Shown in pieces: positions 1 to 11,820 of a stretch of 34,900 bases of DNA. The DNA lies in contig KZ539060.1 of the NCBI GenBank assembly GCA_000934665.2, forward strand, positions 1-34,900. The letters run 5' to 3'. A program made the translations under genes and the position numbers. Position 1 is the stretch's first letter; each line of letters begins with the position of its first letter. Below the pieces are notes generated by a model. The model ran no database searches, had not been told where the DNA came from, and worked only from the letters and a program-made list of their open reading frames with translations. Origin of the DNA: Catajapyx aquilonaris. Taxonomy: Eukaryota.

Positions 1-1719
1 CAGTACATCTGAATGGACTGTTTACAAGTCAGACGGTATTTGTTGATCACAAAGTACCACCTCCATAATCGGTACAGTGTAGACAGAAATTGAGAACAGC
101 GACTCTAGAGCATTCTAGAGGCCTCACTGTCCAGTGTCCGGAATAAATCTTCACTCATTGTACATTCAACGTCCAGGTGTCCATCAGTTGTATGGAGACT
201 GTAAAATAGTGAACACACTACAAAGAACTGTAACACGTCACATATACGCTAGTCTAATACTGTATAGTTGTCAACTACAACAGTCCACAACACATTCAAA
301 TGACATTTTTTTGACAACAACAAATGGGAAACTCTACAGGTAGACATGTCTAGGCGACAGTCATTAGTTGAGAGTGACAAGCAACAAGCCAACGTAATAA
401 TGCATGAACAATTTTTTTTGGCCAAAAGTTCATTACTGGGGAATAACCTCTCCGGAAATAAAACTCTGAAATAAAACCAGACCTATCATTGGACTTGGGT
501 CAGCTAAAATAAGAAACTCAACTGTTGGCAAAAAAAAGTGTCATATAAACCACAGAATTCATAACATTTGGTCGCGTTTTGCACTCTCGAGACCCAGGTT
601 AATTTTTTTTCGGGGAGGGGGGGAGGGAAGTATCCTCCCCGCTGCTCCTTCCCCCACATTTTCGAGTGTAATTTCCAAGGGAGACGTAAAGTAACTCGAC
701 GAGACCATAAAGACTTACAGATAATATTTCTAGGGAAGTCCAGTTTTAGGTGCTAAAGTCTACAGAAGGGTCTCCTCCCCTCTTCCTCCTGCTCCACCCC
801 CTACTTTTTTTTTCGAAAAAAAAAATCTAGGGTGGTAAACTTGACGTTGACGCCTTTCCTCTCCCAATGCACTTTGTGGCTTCCAATTGGACCATCACAG
901 TTTTTTTATAACCAGTTGGAGAAGACATGGGACATAGCAGTTAAAATTTTATGTTTATATATCCTCAAAATGTAGGTTAAAGCTTTAAAAAAATGGTGGT
1001 TCAGATATTTAAAAAAAATCATAGTTCCAATATGTGGATTCGGGTTGAACTTCCATATTTGACAAATGGGATGCTGACAAAGCATGCCGTCAATATTATT
1101 GACGTCAAGGCAATGGTGACATGCCCTACTTGTCTCCCAATGAACGATCGGGGGTTTAGAGTTCATATGCAGTCATTTTTTGGGGTCAGTATTTAACTTC
1201 ACATATTTGCGATGCTTTCATTTCCCGATATGAATCATCGTTGACGTGTGCTAACTAACTATATATCTCAATTGATTGTTGGGTGTCACTGCTGCCAGTC
1301 ACTAATACAGATGTCCAGTATGGCCAACGTTAAGCTCAGGTTTTGTTCTGTTAAATTCGAAGTGTGTTCATTGGGTTACATCATGACAGGATGAAACAAA
1401 GCGGAGGTGGAAGGGTACCTTTATACAATAATGTGTATAAATAAAGCCGTTTGTGAGTCTGTCTGTCTGTCCGTCCGTCATTTACCTGCCATCTGTGCTC
1501 CACCCCCAGGCCGGGAGAAGATGGAGGAGTTGGGGGTTGACTACAGATGGCAGGCAAATGACGGTTGCCGTTATACAGGCGGATTGAAGGTGTTGGAGTA
1601 GCAGGAGCACAGATGGCATTGGTGGGCGGACACACAGAAAGACAGACAGTTGACGGGGGTACTGGCAGGTGTTTTCCCTTCATTCATTTCTTCTCGGGCA
1701 ACGCCGGGTGCCGCAGCTG

Positions 1720-2700
1720 GTACTGTACTAAATATATAATTAATTTTTAAGATTTCAAAATCAAAAAATGTAAATTTAGAATATTTAAACAATATTTTTA
1801 AAATGTTATCTTTTTTTAAAAAAATACCCCGTGATATGGCGGAGCCCTCTTGGGGGGGGGGGGGNAAGGGGAGGTTCCCAAGGGAGGGCACTGTAATTTT
1901 AGTCATTACTGACTGTGAAGCACGTCAGGGCCTTTTCTCCTGGCCCTGGGCAGAGTATGGAGTGCAATTTTGCCCCTGCATGTCGGGTGAAAAGCGGAAA
2001 AAGACCCGGCCAAGCAGAGGTGACGGGGACGGGATTTGAACCCCGGCCTCCCGCTTGGCTGGCCACTAGACCACCATGCCTCCCCTGTAAAACTTGAATT
2101 TAAAAATAATATTTATGATTTAACTGGAAGGGCACAATTAATACAATTAATACTGCACTAAATATGAAATGATTTTTTTAAAATTTTAAAATCAAAAAAT
2201 AACATTTAAAATCAAATTTCAAATATATTTTAATATTTTTGAAAAAAAAAATTAGAAATAAAATTTCAGATCTTGTATTTTAATATTTTCGAAAACTTAA
2301 AATTTGAATTTAAAAATAATGTTTAGGGTTTAGGTGGAAGGGTACCGTTAATACAATAATACTGTACTGAATTTAAAATTACGTTTTGAATTTTTCAATC
2401 AAAAAATTAAATTTAAAAATACCACAAGATTTAAAGTTTACTTCCAAAATTAAAAATTAAAAATTAAAATATAGAAATTATATTTAAAATATACGAGTAT
2501 TTCAAAATTTTGACAATTTGAATTAAAAATATTTCAAATATATTTCAAATATTGAAACATTTAAAAAATTGAATTAAAAATATAATTAAAAATATATTTA
2601 AATAGAATATATTTCAAATATTGAGACGTTTAAAAATAAGATTTAAGATATAACTAATTCGAAAATTTGAATATTAAAAAAAAAAACTTAAAAATATTTT
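1720..2700. repeat. AT-rich degenerate tandem repeat (probable intron of copy C)
   Basis: GGAAGGG(T/C)AC..TTAATACAAT..TACTG(T/C)ACT recurs at ~2126 and ~2336. It echoes 1409-1431 and 1721-1735 and is separated by TTTAAAAT-rich tracts. Confidence 0.6.
1824..2085 (-). mobile_element. tRNA(Gly)-derived SINE, copy 1 (small deletion in head)
   Basis: Minus strand reads GGGGAGGCATGGTGGTCTAGTGG (A box) ... GGGGTTCAAATCCCG (B box). Body aligns with 8332-8607 and 29273-29552. Confidence 0.85.
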
Positions 2701-3649
2701 CAATGAGTTGGCAAATTTTTCCTCGTCAAGCTGTATATTTCACATAGCCTCAACCTAAGGTGCCACCGAATTATTACAAACCTTGTAGCCTCTCCCATGC
2801 CCAACCCCAGTAAATCATCTACCCTCTATCGGCGAACAACACTAGGTCCAATCTAAAGCGGAAAATGTCTGACCAGCATTTAAAGCTTTTGAGCCTCTCC
2901 AGAACATTACATTGTGTGTAATGAACCCTGCCAAAAGTCACGTCACATCTTGTTGTCCCACCAATATTTCCAGGAAACGTCCAATTTGACCTAGCAAAAA
3001 CCCCCTTCGCCAATTTTTCTTCTCGCAACTAGAGCTTGTCACCTAGATAATTTTAGACCCTGTCTAGCCCCTCCAGAAAATGACTAATTGAAAGGGCCTT
3101 ATGAAATTTCAAACCACAGTCAATGGACACTCTCTCCTTTGGTTTGGCTGGAAAAGGACTAATAAACAAGATAATTATCACACTCTAGGCGACATAATTT
3201 TGTAAGACACAAACCGGTACTGGCGGAAACGTTGGAGGCCGCATCATAGGTCTAATTACGTGGGTCTTCTTGTCAGGGATTGGAAGTGTCAAGGCAAGCG
3301 GCACACTTTGGGCACCTCTGAATTTCCACTGATTAGGCGGGATAATTGGCTTGCGTTCCTCTGCGGCCAACTGCGCCGTGAGAAACTCCAAGAACAGGAG
3401 AGGTAAACTTGTTAGCGCTGGGCAAGATCAAAATAAAGAATGGCTTCCAACTGCGGGAAGGAAGAAAGATTTTTTTTCTTCCAAGGTATTCTTCAAGACT
3501 TTATAACTGCTAGGAAAAAGTTTGAAGAAACGTGCTAATTCGAAGTAGGCGCCAGAACTTTCTAGTTACTAGGATTTCCGAACGAGGAAGCCACTGTACA
3601 TGTGGAAAGTGATTTATTTTGCCTCAATGAAACTTCTTAAGCAAGTAGG

Positions 3650-4090
3650 CCAATGTGACTGACCAAAGTTATGTAATAAACTGTCTTATCAATGGACAGA
3701 GCGCATCAATGGCGGTTCTAACGGTTTGTAACGGCCAAAACTGTTACTAACGGATATTTGCTCATTTCAGTTATTTCAAGCTAATATAAATAACTTTTTC
3801 TTTCATACATGTCGTGTGTTACTGACCAAAGTTACCGGTATAGAACAAGTCCGTCGTATTACCGAACGGAGATCATCAATGGCGGCCGTTCTAACGGTTT
3901 TTAACAGTCAAAACGGTTCTTAGCGGATTTGTTCTCATTTGAGCTATTTCATTGCTTTTTTCGTTCATACATGTCATGTGTGACTGACTAAAGTACGGGG
4001 GGAGCACGTAAATGGCGGTTCTAACGGTTTGTAACGGTCAAAACGGCTATTAACGGATTTGTTCTCATTTGCACTATTTAATGCTAATAA
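3650..4090. repeat. Three tandem ~160-bp AACGGTT modules
   Basis: GTG(T)GACTGACCAAAGTTA...CAATGGCGGTTCTAACGGTTTGTAACGG.CAAAAC.GTT..TAACGGATTTGTTCTCATTT at ~3655, ~3816 and ~3978. The same module recurs at ~9280, ~9780, ~11635 and ~12090. Confidence 0.85.
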
Positions 4091-4109
4091 AGACTACTTT
4101 TCCGGTACA

Positions 4110-4440
4110 AACAATGTAAATAAAGATTTCGTTCTTGTAACACAACCTACTCCACTAGACAGGGCTATAAAGCAGTGCATTTCTACAGTCTCCAAACCGC
4201 TCCCAGTTGGCCAATATTGTTGAAGGCGGTCGGAATGAGCCAGTAGGTGGGATGAACCAAATCTGTCCATTTTCTACTTAACAACAAGCTAGGATTGGCT
4301 TCCATAAGCTTAAATGTGGAGAAGCTCAGTTGGAATTGCGATCCATAAAAAATATTATTATCGATGTGGCTACCAGATGGCATTGTTGAGACCCAGATTT
4401 AGAAAATGGATGGGTATAGGACACATGCATGTATTTCAGA
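4110..4440 (-). pseudogene. Possible decayed protein-tyrosine-phosphatase-like exon
   Basis: In order, across frameshifts: EIHAC (4423-4437), IFYGSQ, LWKPIL, LQQYWP (4208-4225), MHC...SSGVG..RT. This is reminiscent of PTP motifs DYIHA / YIATQ / FW.M / QYWP / HC.AG.GR, but the spacing is compressed. Confidence 0.25.
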
Positions 4441-5914
4441 TATATTTTAAAGCTATAGGTGTTAAATTACAAGGGAGTTGGCAAAAAAAATAATGTGGTT
4501 TTGCGCTTCGTGAAGTAATATAATTGAAGAGTTGAACTATGCACGCGAAATAGTCACATGAATGTAAATTAATGTTCTGTCGGTTCCTTTGCGTGTAACA
4601 TTAAGGTTTGGAAAATCGGTTGAAAGTGTGGCGATTTTCCGAGCTTTGCACGCTATTACTGTTCTAGTGACACGGTTTTACAGTATGATCGCAATGTGCT
4701 GACATTTGTGTTTGTCGAATAGTTGGACTGTAATATGATTTTTTTTTAAGTCATCAGGAATTTGCGACCACAACAATGCGGATAATTACAGTGTATAGCA
4801 CATATGGAGCAGCGGTTTTGACTCGACATCATTTAATAATATCCTGATATTTATATTGGTAGTTTTAACTAGCAATCAATCATAGAAGTTTTTGGCAGCA
4901 ACAATTGACAGACGAGTTAATAGTCAAAGTTAGCGAAGGTTTCTCGACAGATGAGTCGAGCCAAATTAACCTGACAGCTACCGTCTGCTCCACTGTGTTA
5001 AATGATACCCTTGAGTGGGCCTAACAAACAAGGGTAGTGCGAACCGGAATAATTGGCACCATATTTCGCAAGGCTTAACGATTTTTTAATGTTATTTTTA
5101 CCTGCGGAACCTCTGCAAAACACCTTCGTTAAAGCGCAACCCTTTTTGCTCATTATGGGTGGGGATACTCGGATACACTCCACAAAGGAAAAACCGTGAC
5201 AAAATATGGGCTGACATATACAGGGGTTAGTAAACTAATGAATCAGTGTTGCAGAATCGATGTGCCAACTTGATTTACCGCATCTCAAAATTTTGAAACC
5301 AGATACTTCATCCCTAAATGTATTATTCATTTAGACGAATTGGGAGAGTTGCCTTGATTATTCGGATTAAATAGCAATTCCTCTTCTAGACACAGAGGGG
5401 ATAAGTTTAACCAGAGAGTCAGCTAAGCTTCTAGATTAAACTGCCATTAAACTGAAATTAATGACTTTCTGATACAAGTCCGATTTTTGACCTGCATGTT
5501 ACAGTATAAGCGAAGTTTACATATTTGAGTAAAGCAACCTTAACCATTAGTCACATTTTGAGGAAGCTTCTGCTTTCCATGTGTAATCCGGTGAACGCTG
5601 AGCAGAGGAAACTGACACCCTTGTACGCCCTTGTAATTAATTTCCTGTAGCCTCAGTGGAAAGGGATTTGCAGCTCAACCCCTTCATCCCACTAATGTTG
5701 ACCTGGAAACGAGAATCATCAGGATTAACTCCTCGGCGGTTTACTTGCATTCCGATACCTTCATTCCTCACTTTCAATTAGAGCACTTGCAAACCCGTTG
5801 GGAATTCAGATGACTTCTTTTCTAATGCTTCTTTTATGCTCGTTATTTCTGGATGGTATAAGGCTAACCACAACGAACTTGGTCAGTGTAGTAACTGTCT
5901 CAGCCCTCAAACTG

Positions 5915-6810
5915 ATAGAAACCGTTATAAACTGTTAGAAACCGTTAGAAACCGTTACATCATTAGATATCGTAAGAAACCGTTACATCCTTAGGAATGG
6001 TTAGAAACGTTACATCCTTAATGATTGCTATGGCAATTCTTGTTATACCCGAGGTTCTAAGATATACTGAGGTCGGTGCAACTGGCCCTTAGAAACCGTT
6101 ACATTCTCGGAAATCGTTAGAAACCGTTACATCCTTAGAAACCGTTAGAAACTGTCACATCCTTAGGAATGGTTAGAAACCGTTATATTCTTAAAAACCG
6201 TTAGAAACCGTTGCATCCTTAGAAACTGTTAGCAACGGATGTTACACCAGGGATTAAGCTACCTCTCGCCTTTTCGTCGAAAGGTGACGATAATCCAGAT
6301 TCGGCTAGATAAAACTCCGGGGAAATTCGCCGAAAAGCCACAAATAAAAAATAATCATAATAAAAGGGAGGGTACCGATATTTTACATGTTATAAGTCTC
6401 CTGAAATCAAGAAAGACTCTAGATTCCAAATATGTGGTCAGTTGTGCCAGGAAATGCACCACAATTGTTAAATTCCAAGTCAAATTCAATTTTATAATGC
6501 ATAATTGCAAAATCTCGTATCACTCTAGCGGTGACTAGGGAAACTCGATGGAATTTTCAAAGATATGGCTGCGCCTGGTGTATGAGCCAGATCATCAGGT
6601 CCATTTAGGTTTTGTCTACAACTTTTCTGATTCGGCTAGAACTTTTAGGTGCAAACTAGCCTGAAAAACTACTCATTTTTTGACAGCTTCGTCCCTGTAT
6701 ACACCCATAGAGAAACCATTAGAAACCGTTAGAAACATTACTCCTTTAGAAACCGTTAGAAACCGTTACTTCTTTAGAAACCATTAAAAAACGTTACAAA
6801 CCGTTACAAC
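5915..6810. repeat. AGAAACCGTT(AC/AG) short-period tandem repeat, interrupted by the 6248-6697 insertion
   Basis: Many copies of TTAGAAACCGTTACATCC variants at 5915-6240 and 6711-6810. Confidence 0.85.
6248..6697. mobile_element. Putative non-autonomous TIR element
   Basis: Ends CAGGGATTAAGCT ... AGCTTCGTCCCTG form an imperfect 13-bp inverted repeat. It interrupts the AGAAACCGTT array. No clean TSD. Confidence 0.45.
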
Positions 6811-7992
6811 TGGCGCAATGGCGCTCAACGGTCAACACCAACGGTTTTAACGGTCAAAAGTCAACGAACGAATCTAATCAATCGTTTTTCAATTACAAAA
6901 AAAACGTTCTTCATGGCTTCAACATGTCTTAAGTGTTCCCTAAGCTGCTTTTTACCTTTCTACCTTGCATCTAAAAGACTCCATATTTATACCTCCCAGA
7001 TGCCTGTCTGCTCAAACGAGGCTTATTGAGGGGGGGCCTTTGAGGACGAGTATGTTTCCATATTTCGCCTTAGCCAGTGCAAGAACAGTAATAATCCCAG
7101 GCCATGCATCATAGCCGGAAACTGGGTGAAGGAAGAACGTTATTTACGACCCAAAGGAAAAGCCCAACTGGCCTAGGGTTTTGCCTTTTGCAAAACCCTC
7201 GAATTTTATTCTCTGGGACCAAGCAAAGAAGGTTAGAGGCACAAGTATGGAGAGATGGCGAAGTTGGATCTTGATTTATTGCCAAATGTTCCCTTTGGAC
7301 ACTTTGCATTATCGCTCACTTCGGCGCGGTTTTTTTTATATTCGTGGTTTTTGGCCACAGGGGAAATTTTTTTAGGTCCTTGTCTTTGTGTCCATGTTTT
7401 GCAACCACGTCGGGACAGTTTAATCTCATCTAACAGACTTGGGGTGTCATAAATTTGGGCGTGTTTCCACCGAGACGTCCGCACGTTGTACGAAGCGCCA
7501 CAAAGAGGTCAAACTTTTAAATAGATCACCTGGAAAAAAAGAAAAACTTTTTCTTGGTATTAATTAGTATGATTCACGGCATCCATTCTAGATCCCAAAT
7601 TGGGTCAATCCCTTCCAAAGAACCAGATTTACCATGGATGAATTATGAAAAGTGTCACATAGTTCCTGTGCAATTTTCAGGTTCCCATAATGGGCGAAAT
7701 GCGGAGCAAAATGTTATTATTTGGCAGGAAATGTTAGAGCATTACAGTTATTGGTGGGAAATGCGTTCCAGATTGTCTTTTTTTATTAAACAATGGCTTC
7801 TGTACTTTTTTAACGCCATTAGCCCCTCTCTTAGTGTACATGGGGACTCATTAGCTGAGTGCTCACTCCTTTTATTCCTTCCAGCAACTTCCCCATTCTT
7901 ATTGTTTACTGCTGAGGATAACGACTCTCCTTGTAAACCCGAGGGAAATGGAAATACCATCGGATTATTTTTTTGCCGTAAGGTGATGGTCC

Positions 7993-8838
7993 TTTTTCTT
8001 GAAATGGCCAAATTGCGAAAAACGAAACGAATTGCGAAACGAAATTTCCTCGTGTTACGGCATGTTCTCGCGTCATATTCGATTGTTTTAGAGTCAAATC
8101 ATTGCTAATTTGAATCATTGTTGAATCATTCATTGAATTATTCTAGAAAGAGGCCAAATTGCGAAAAAAGCCGTTAAATAACGAACTTTATTCATGTTAC
8201 GACATGCTCTTGAGCCATATTCGACTGTTTAAATGTTACTACATTGTTTATTTGAATCATTGTTGAATCATCAATTGAATTTTTCTTGAAAGAGGCCAAA
8301 TTGAGGGGAAAACCGTTAAATAACGAACTTTTTTTTTGTTACTCCGTGATAGAGCTCGTGTATCTCTTAAGGGGGAAGGGGAAGTTCCCAAGGGAGGGCG
8401 CCGTGCGATAGCCATTTCTGACATTCTTTAACACCAGGCATTTTCTCCTGGCCCCGAGCAGAGAAGGGAGTGCAATAATTCTGCTCCGGAATGTTGGGAG
8501 AAAAGCGGAAAAAGACCCGGCCAAGAAGAGGCGACGGGGACGGGATTTGAACCCCGGCTTCCCGCTTGGCTGGCCAGTGGCGTAACCAGTAGACCACCAT
8601 GCCGCCCTAAATAACGAACTTTATTCATGTAGGCCTAACTACATATTCTCGCGCCATATTCGATTGTTTTAGTTAAATAATTGCTGATTGGGATCATTCT
8701 TGAATCATTCATCGAATTTTTCTTGAAAGAGACCAAATTGCGGGAAAGCCGTTAAATAACGAACTTTATGCATCTAACGACATGCACTCGCGTCATAATT
8801 GACTGTTTTAGAGTTCAATAATAGCTGATTTGAATCAT
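7993..8838. repeat. ~140-bp tandem repeat (about 4 units; intron of the MULE gene)
   Basis: TTCTTGAAAGAGGCCAAATTGCG...CCGTTAAATAACGAACTTTATTCATG...TTTGAATCATTGTTGAATCATTC recurs at ~7996, ~8141, ~8283 and ~8720. Confidence 0.85.
8332..8607 (-). mobile_element. tRNA(Gly)-derived SINE, copy 2, full length with 15-bp TSD
   Basis: A and B boxes present, with an A-rich tail. TSD TAAATAACGAACTTT at 8317-8331 and 8608-8622. Confidence 0.92.
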
Positions 8839-9269
8839 GTGTTCCAAGACAGTTTTCGTGACATTTGGAAATTGGCCAGGATGCATGTGGATTTGGGCAT
8901 AGGGGCGTGTCATATAAGCTAATGGAGGCGTCTTGTGCGGCTGGCGTCCAAAGGTAGCCTTCGGCCAAAGCTGGCGAGCTTAATTTCCTCAGTCCCACCT
9001 GTCCACACCCAGGCCACATACACTTTGACTACTCCATTCGACTTCCTGGCCGCTGCCCACGGCCCAAACTGCCAAACTTATTTAATTAGATCTCTGCTTC
9101 TCGCCTTCCAATTTTGGCGGTTGCCTTACGCTAAAGTCTCGGGGCCGAAAGCTTGGACGCCCACCCCTGTCCTTCCGGGCCCCGCCTCGTGGCGTTAATT
9201 ATGCCGTTTAAAATGCAAAGGGCATACGCCATGCTTAATTGTTGATTAAACCGCGACTTGTGCCCGAGG

Positions 9270-10360
9270 AGTTTGCAGTCAAGTGTGACTGACCAAAGTT
9301 ATACCACGTATAACAGGTTCCGTCCTATCAACGAAAGGAACGCATAGATGGCGGCCCTAACGGTTTTTTAACGGCCATAACGGTTATTAGCGGATTTGTT
9401 CTAATTTGAGCTGTTTCGTGCGGAAACAAATAACTTGAAAATAATTCTGCTGAGAAAAACGTCCTTGTGAAATAAAGTCAACCGTTATGAGCTATTTCAT
9501 AGCGAAGCGCGATTTTCATGTGAAGAAAATAATTTGTCGCCACTTTGATTAGTTATAATTACATCCTTAAAGGTACAAACTCAGGCCAGAATGTGGTGGC
9601 ATTCATTCTATATCACATATATGCGCAATAGAACCAAGTGGTGGAATTTCGTCCCACTGATAATCACTGCTAACTTAGCAGTACCATTGCCAACACTGGT
9701 ACTGCTAAGTTAGCAATAACTATATCAGTGAGACGAAAATTCCACCCCAGGTCATCTTCTTAAGAAGAGTTTGCAGGCAAGTGTGACTGACCTAAGTTGT
9801 ATAAGAGGTCCGTATTATCAGGGGAAGGAGCGCGTAAATGGCGGTTCTAACGGTTTTCTAACGGTCAAAACAGTTATTAACGGATTTGTTCTAATTTTAG
9901 CTGTTTCGTGTGAAATGTCATGAAATGGTTTTGTTTAATATATAACGTGCTTATGAAAGGAAATAGACAACCGTTATTAGCTGCTGTGTTCAAATTCTAG
10001 AAAATTGCTATTTTCATGCCACCACTTTGCTTATTTCTAGCGTTCTGATAGGTACAAACTTAGCCCAGCGGTTCTAACGGTTTTTAACGGTCAAAACAGT
10101 TATTAATGATTTTATTTATTTATTACGACGATTTACTTAAAAATAATTTTGCTTCAATATAACATCCTAATGAAAGAAAATTTCAGCCCATAGACAACGA
10201 TTATTAGCTGTTTTATTCGAATTCTAGCCAAGCGCTATTTTCAAGCGATTAATATAATTAACCACCACTTTGCTTAGTTCTAACGTCTTTAAAGGTACAA
10301 ATTCAGCCCAGAATGTGCTTATATTCATTCTACATCGCATCGATGCGCAATAGAAACCCA
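9270..10360. repeat. AACGGTT-module array (intron of the MULE gene)
   Basis: Modules at ~9280, ~9780 and ~10065. 9475-9640 is similar to 9965-10065 and 10195-10362. Confidence 0.8.
9639..9747. mobile_element. Palindromic Harbinger-like MITE (109 bp)
   Basis: Near-complete hairpin GGTGGAATTTCGTCCCACTGATA..TGCTAACTTAGCAGTACCA / TGGTACTGCTAAGTTAGCA..TATCAGTGAGACGAAAATTCCACC. 3-bp TSD AAG/CAG. An empty site GAAACCCAGGTCA lies at ~10353-10365. Confidence 0.75.
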
Positions 10361-11246
10361 GGTCACCCCCCCGACACTGTAGTTGTATATATTACGCTCG
10401 CGTGCGATACCCATACATGATAAGACCTGCTAACGTGTGACCTTGAGTCCATTTCTAGGAGGAAATCACGAACAATGCTCTCAGATGCGCTATTACCCCC
10501 GTTAAAACACCTCGTGCCTGGTTTTACTGCTACACAACTTACACCGAGGTTACACATAAGTTTAGTTTGACTCGAAAAAAAAACTAGGACCAACATTTAC
10601 GACCTGACCATGCAATTTGAGGACCAGTCTTCTAACCCACAGAAAATTACTACAGAATGGACTTTTCCAAGCCCTGTCCTGAGACGAGATATTGGGTGGG
10701 TGTGTGTGTGTTGTAGGAAGTGGATATGAGATCCACCCTCTGACCCCCCCACCCCCAACCAGGCCCCATTTCAGTGAGGACACGTCGCCATTTTCCGTCC
10801 CACTGTGTTTGTCACCGCTTTCCGGAGATGGGACCCAGGCTTTTCATATCGCGCTTGGGATCCTCCCCAAAATAAAATTGAATTGTAAATTATACAGAGC
10901 TTGGGATGACAGCGGAGAGAGTTTTTTTTCCCATGGTCCCTGCTCTAAAATCTCTGTCGCTTGTTTACCCAACGTTGGGAACAGTTGGAGTTGTCGTTTC
11001 TTTCTCAGTCGTTTGTTGAGCTGGTATGGACAAAAATGGTAGCTTCAAAGGGGGTGATTTCGATAACAATTCGACAGAAATTATGACAAAATAGATGTCC
11101 AATATGGTTATAACAATGCAGTATTTCCAACTGTTGCTGAGAATTAGGAAAAGAAACGTCCGACTTTGGTTGGTGAGAATTATTCACAACTTCACAAGTT
11201 TTCTCAAGTCACTTTGTCACTTACGTGGATTTTAGAATGGTTATTA

Positions 11247-11348
11247 CAGTAAAACCTGTTAAGTTGGACACCTCAATAAGTTGGCCACCTCCCTATGTTG
11301 GACAACATCCTTGGAACCACAAGTGTCGAACATATACAGGTTTGACTG
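11247..11348. mobile_element. Tc1/mariner (pogo/Tigger-type) MITE
   Basis: TA-CAGTAAAACCTGT ... ACAGGTTTGACTG-TA: 13-bp TIR with 1 mismatch and TA TSDs at 11245-46 and 11349-50. Confidence 0.85.
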
Positions 11349-11402
11349 TATTTGAGAAATGACGAGCCAAAGTTATAGTCATTTTTTCTCTAGACTCTAG
11401 AG

Positions 11403-11624
11403 CAGTGGTTCCCAACCTTGGGGTCGCGAGGCCTTTTCCGGGGGGGGGGGGGGNNNNNNNNNNNNNNNNNNNNNNNNNNNNNNNNNNNNNNNNNNNNNNN
11501 NNNNNNNNNNNNNNNNNNNNNNNNNNNNNNNNNNNNNNNNNNNNNNNNNNNNNNNNNGGGGGGTCGCAGGTTACTTGACTATCATAAAAGGGGGTCGCGA
11601 CCCAAAAAAGGTTGGGAACCCCTG
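11403..11624. mobile_element. hAT (Charlie-type) MITE spanning an N gap
   Basis: TIRs CAGTGGTTCCCAACCTT / AAGGTTGGGAACCCCTG. 8-bp TSD CTCTAGAG (11395-11402) / ATCTAGAG (11625-11632), the NTCTAGAN preference typical of Charlie elements. Confidence 0.85.
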
Positions 11625-11820
11625 ATCTAGAGGAAGGAGCGCATCAATGGCGGCAGTAACCGTTTTTAACGGTCAAAACGGTCATCATTAACGGTTTTGT
11701 AAAAGTAAATGTACCAATAACATGGTTATAACAATGCACAGGGAAAAAACAAGCAACTTTGGTCGGTAAGAATTATTCCAAATTTCGGATTGTTCGTCAC
11801 TGTCACTTTCATAGTATGTC

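Larger units (their letters stand above)
1..3391 (-). pseudogene. N-terminal (Cys/His zinc-finger) exons of a decayed KDZ/Zisupton-like gene, copy C; runs off the window start
   Basis: Minus-strand islands read RCDVTFGRVHYTQCNV (within 2819-3028), NCLSFCVSAHQCHLC (within 1571-1690), RACHHCLDVNNIDGMLCQHPICQIWKFNPNP..FKYLNHHFFKA (906-1166) and GLLLVTLN..FPFVVVKKMSFEC (~290-400). These resemble the N-terminal segments of copies A and B. 1360-1422 matches 25656-25713 of copy A in inverted orientation. Many stops and frameshifts. Confidence 0.45.
5520..11230 (-). pseudogene. Decayed multi-exon MULE (Mutator-like) transposase with C-terminal SWIM finger
   Basis: Motifs occur in canonical order on the minus strand: LEILHCYNH (~11105-11130); FLLEMDS..VSRSY..VIYTTTVSGG*P (10362-10465; first catalytic D, GG.P); KIIRWYFH (7948-7972; degenerate CxFH); SRMDAVNHTN*YQEKVF (7542-7592; TNNxxE); WDYYCSCTG*GEIWKH (7052-7099; SWIM CxC..CxH with C>W). 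A near-open C-terminal frame lies at 5520-5880. Confidence 0.7.

Noticed and set aside
4468..4997. Possible transposon ends (TACAAGGGAGTTGGCAAAAA; CACTGTG)
   Set aside because: No matching partner TIR or TSD found.
7554..8108. Longest ORF in the window (184 aa, + strand)
   Set aside because: It is antisense to the MULE motifs and runs into a tandem repeat. No recognisable product.
8530..8607. Functional tRNA genes at the SINE heads
   Set aside because: Each continues into a shared non-tRNA body with a tail, two have TSDs, and the stems are imperfect.
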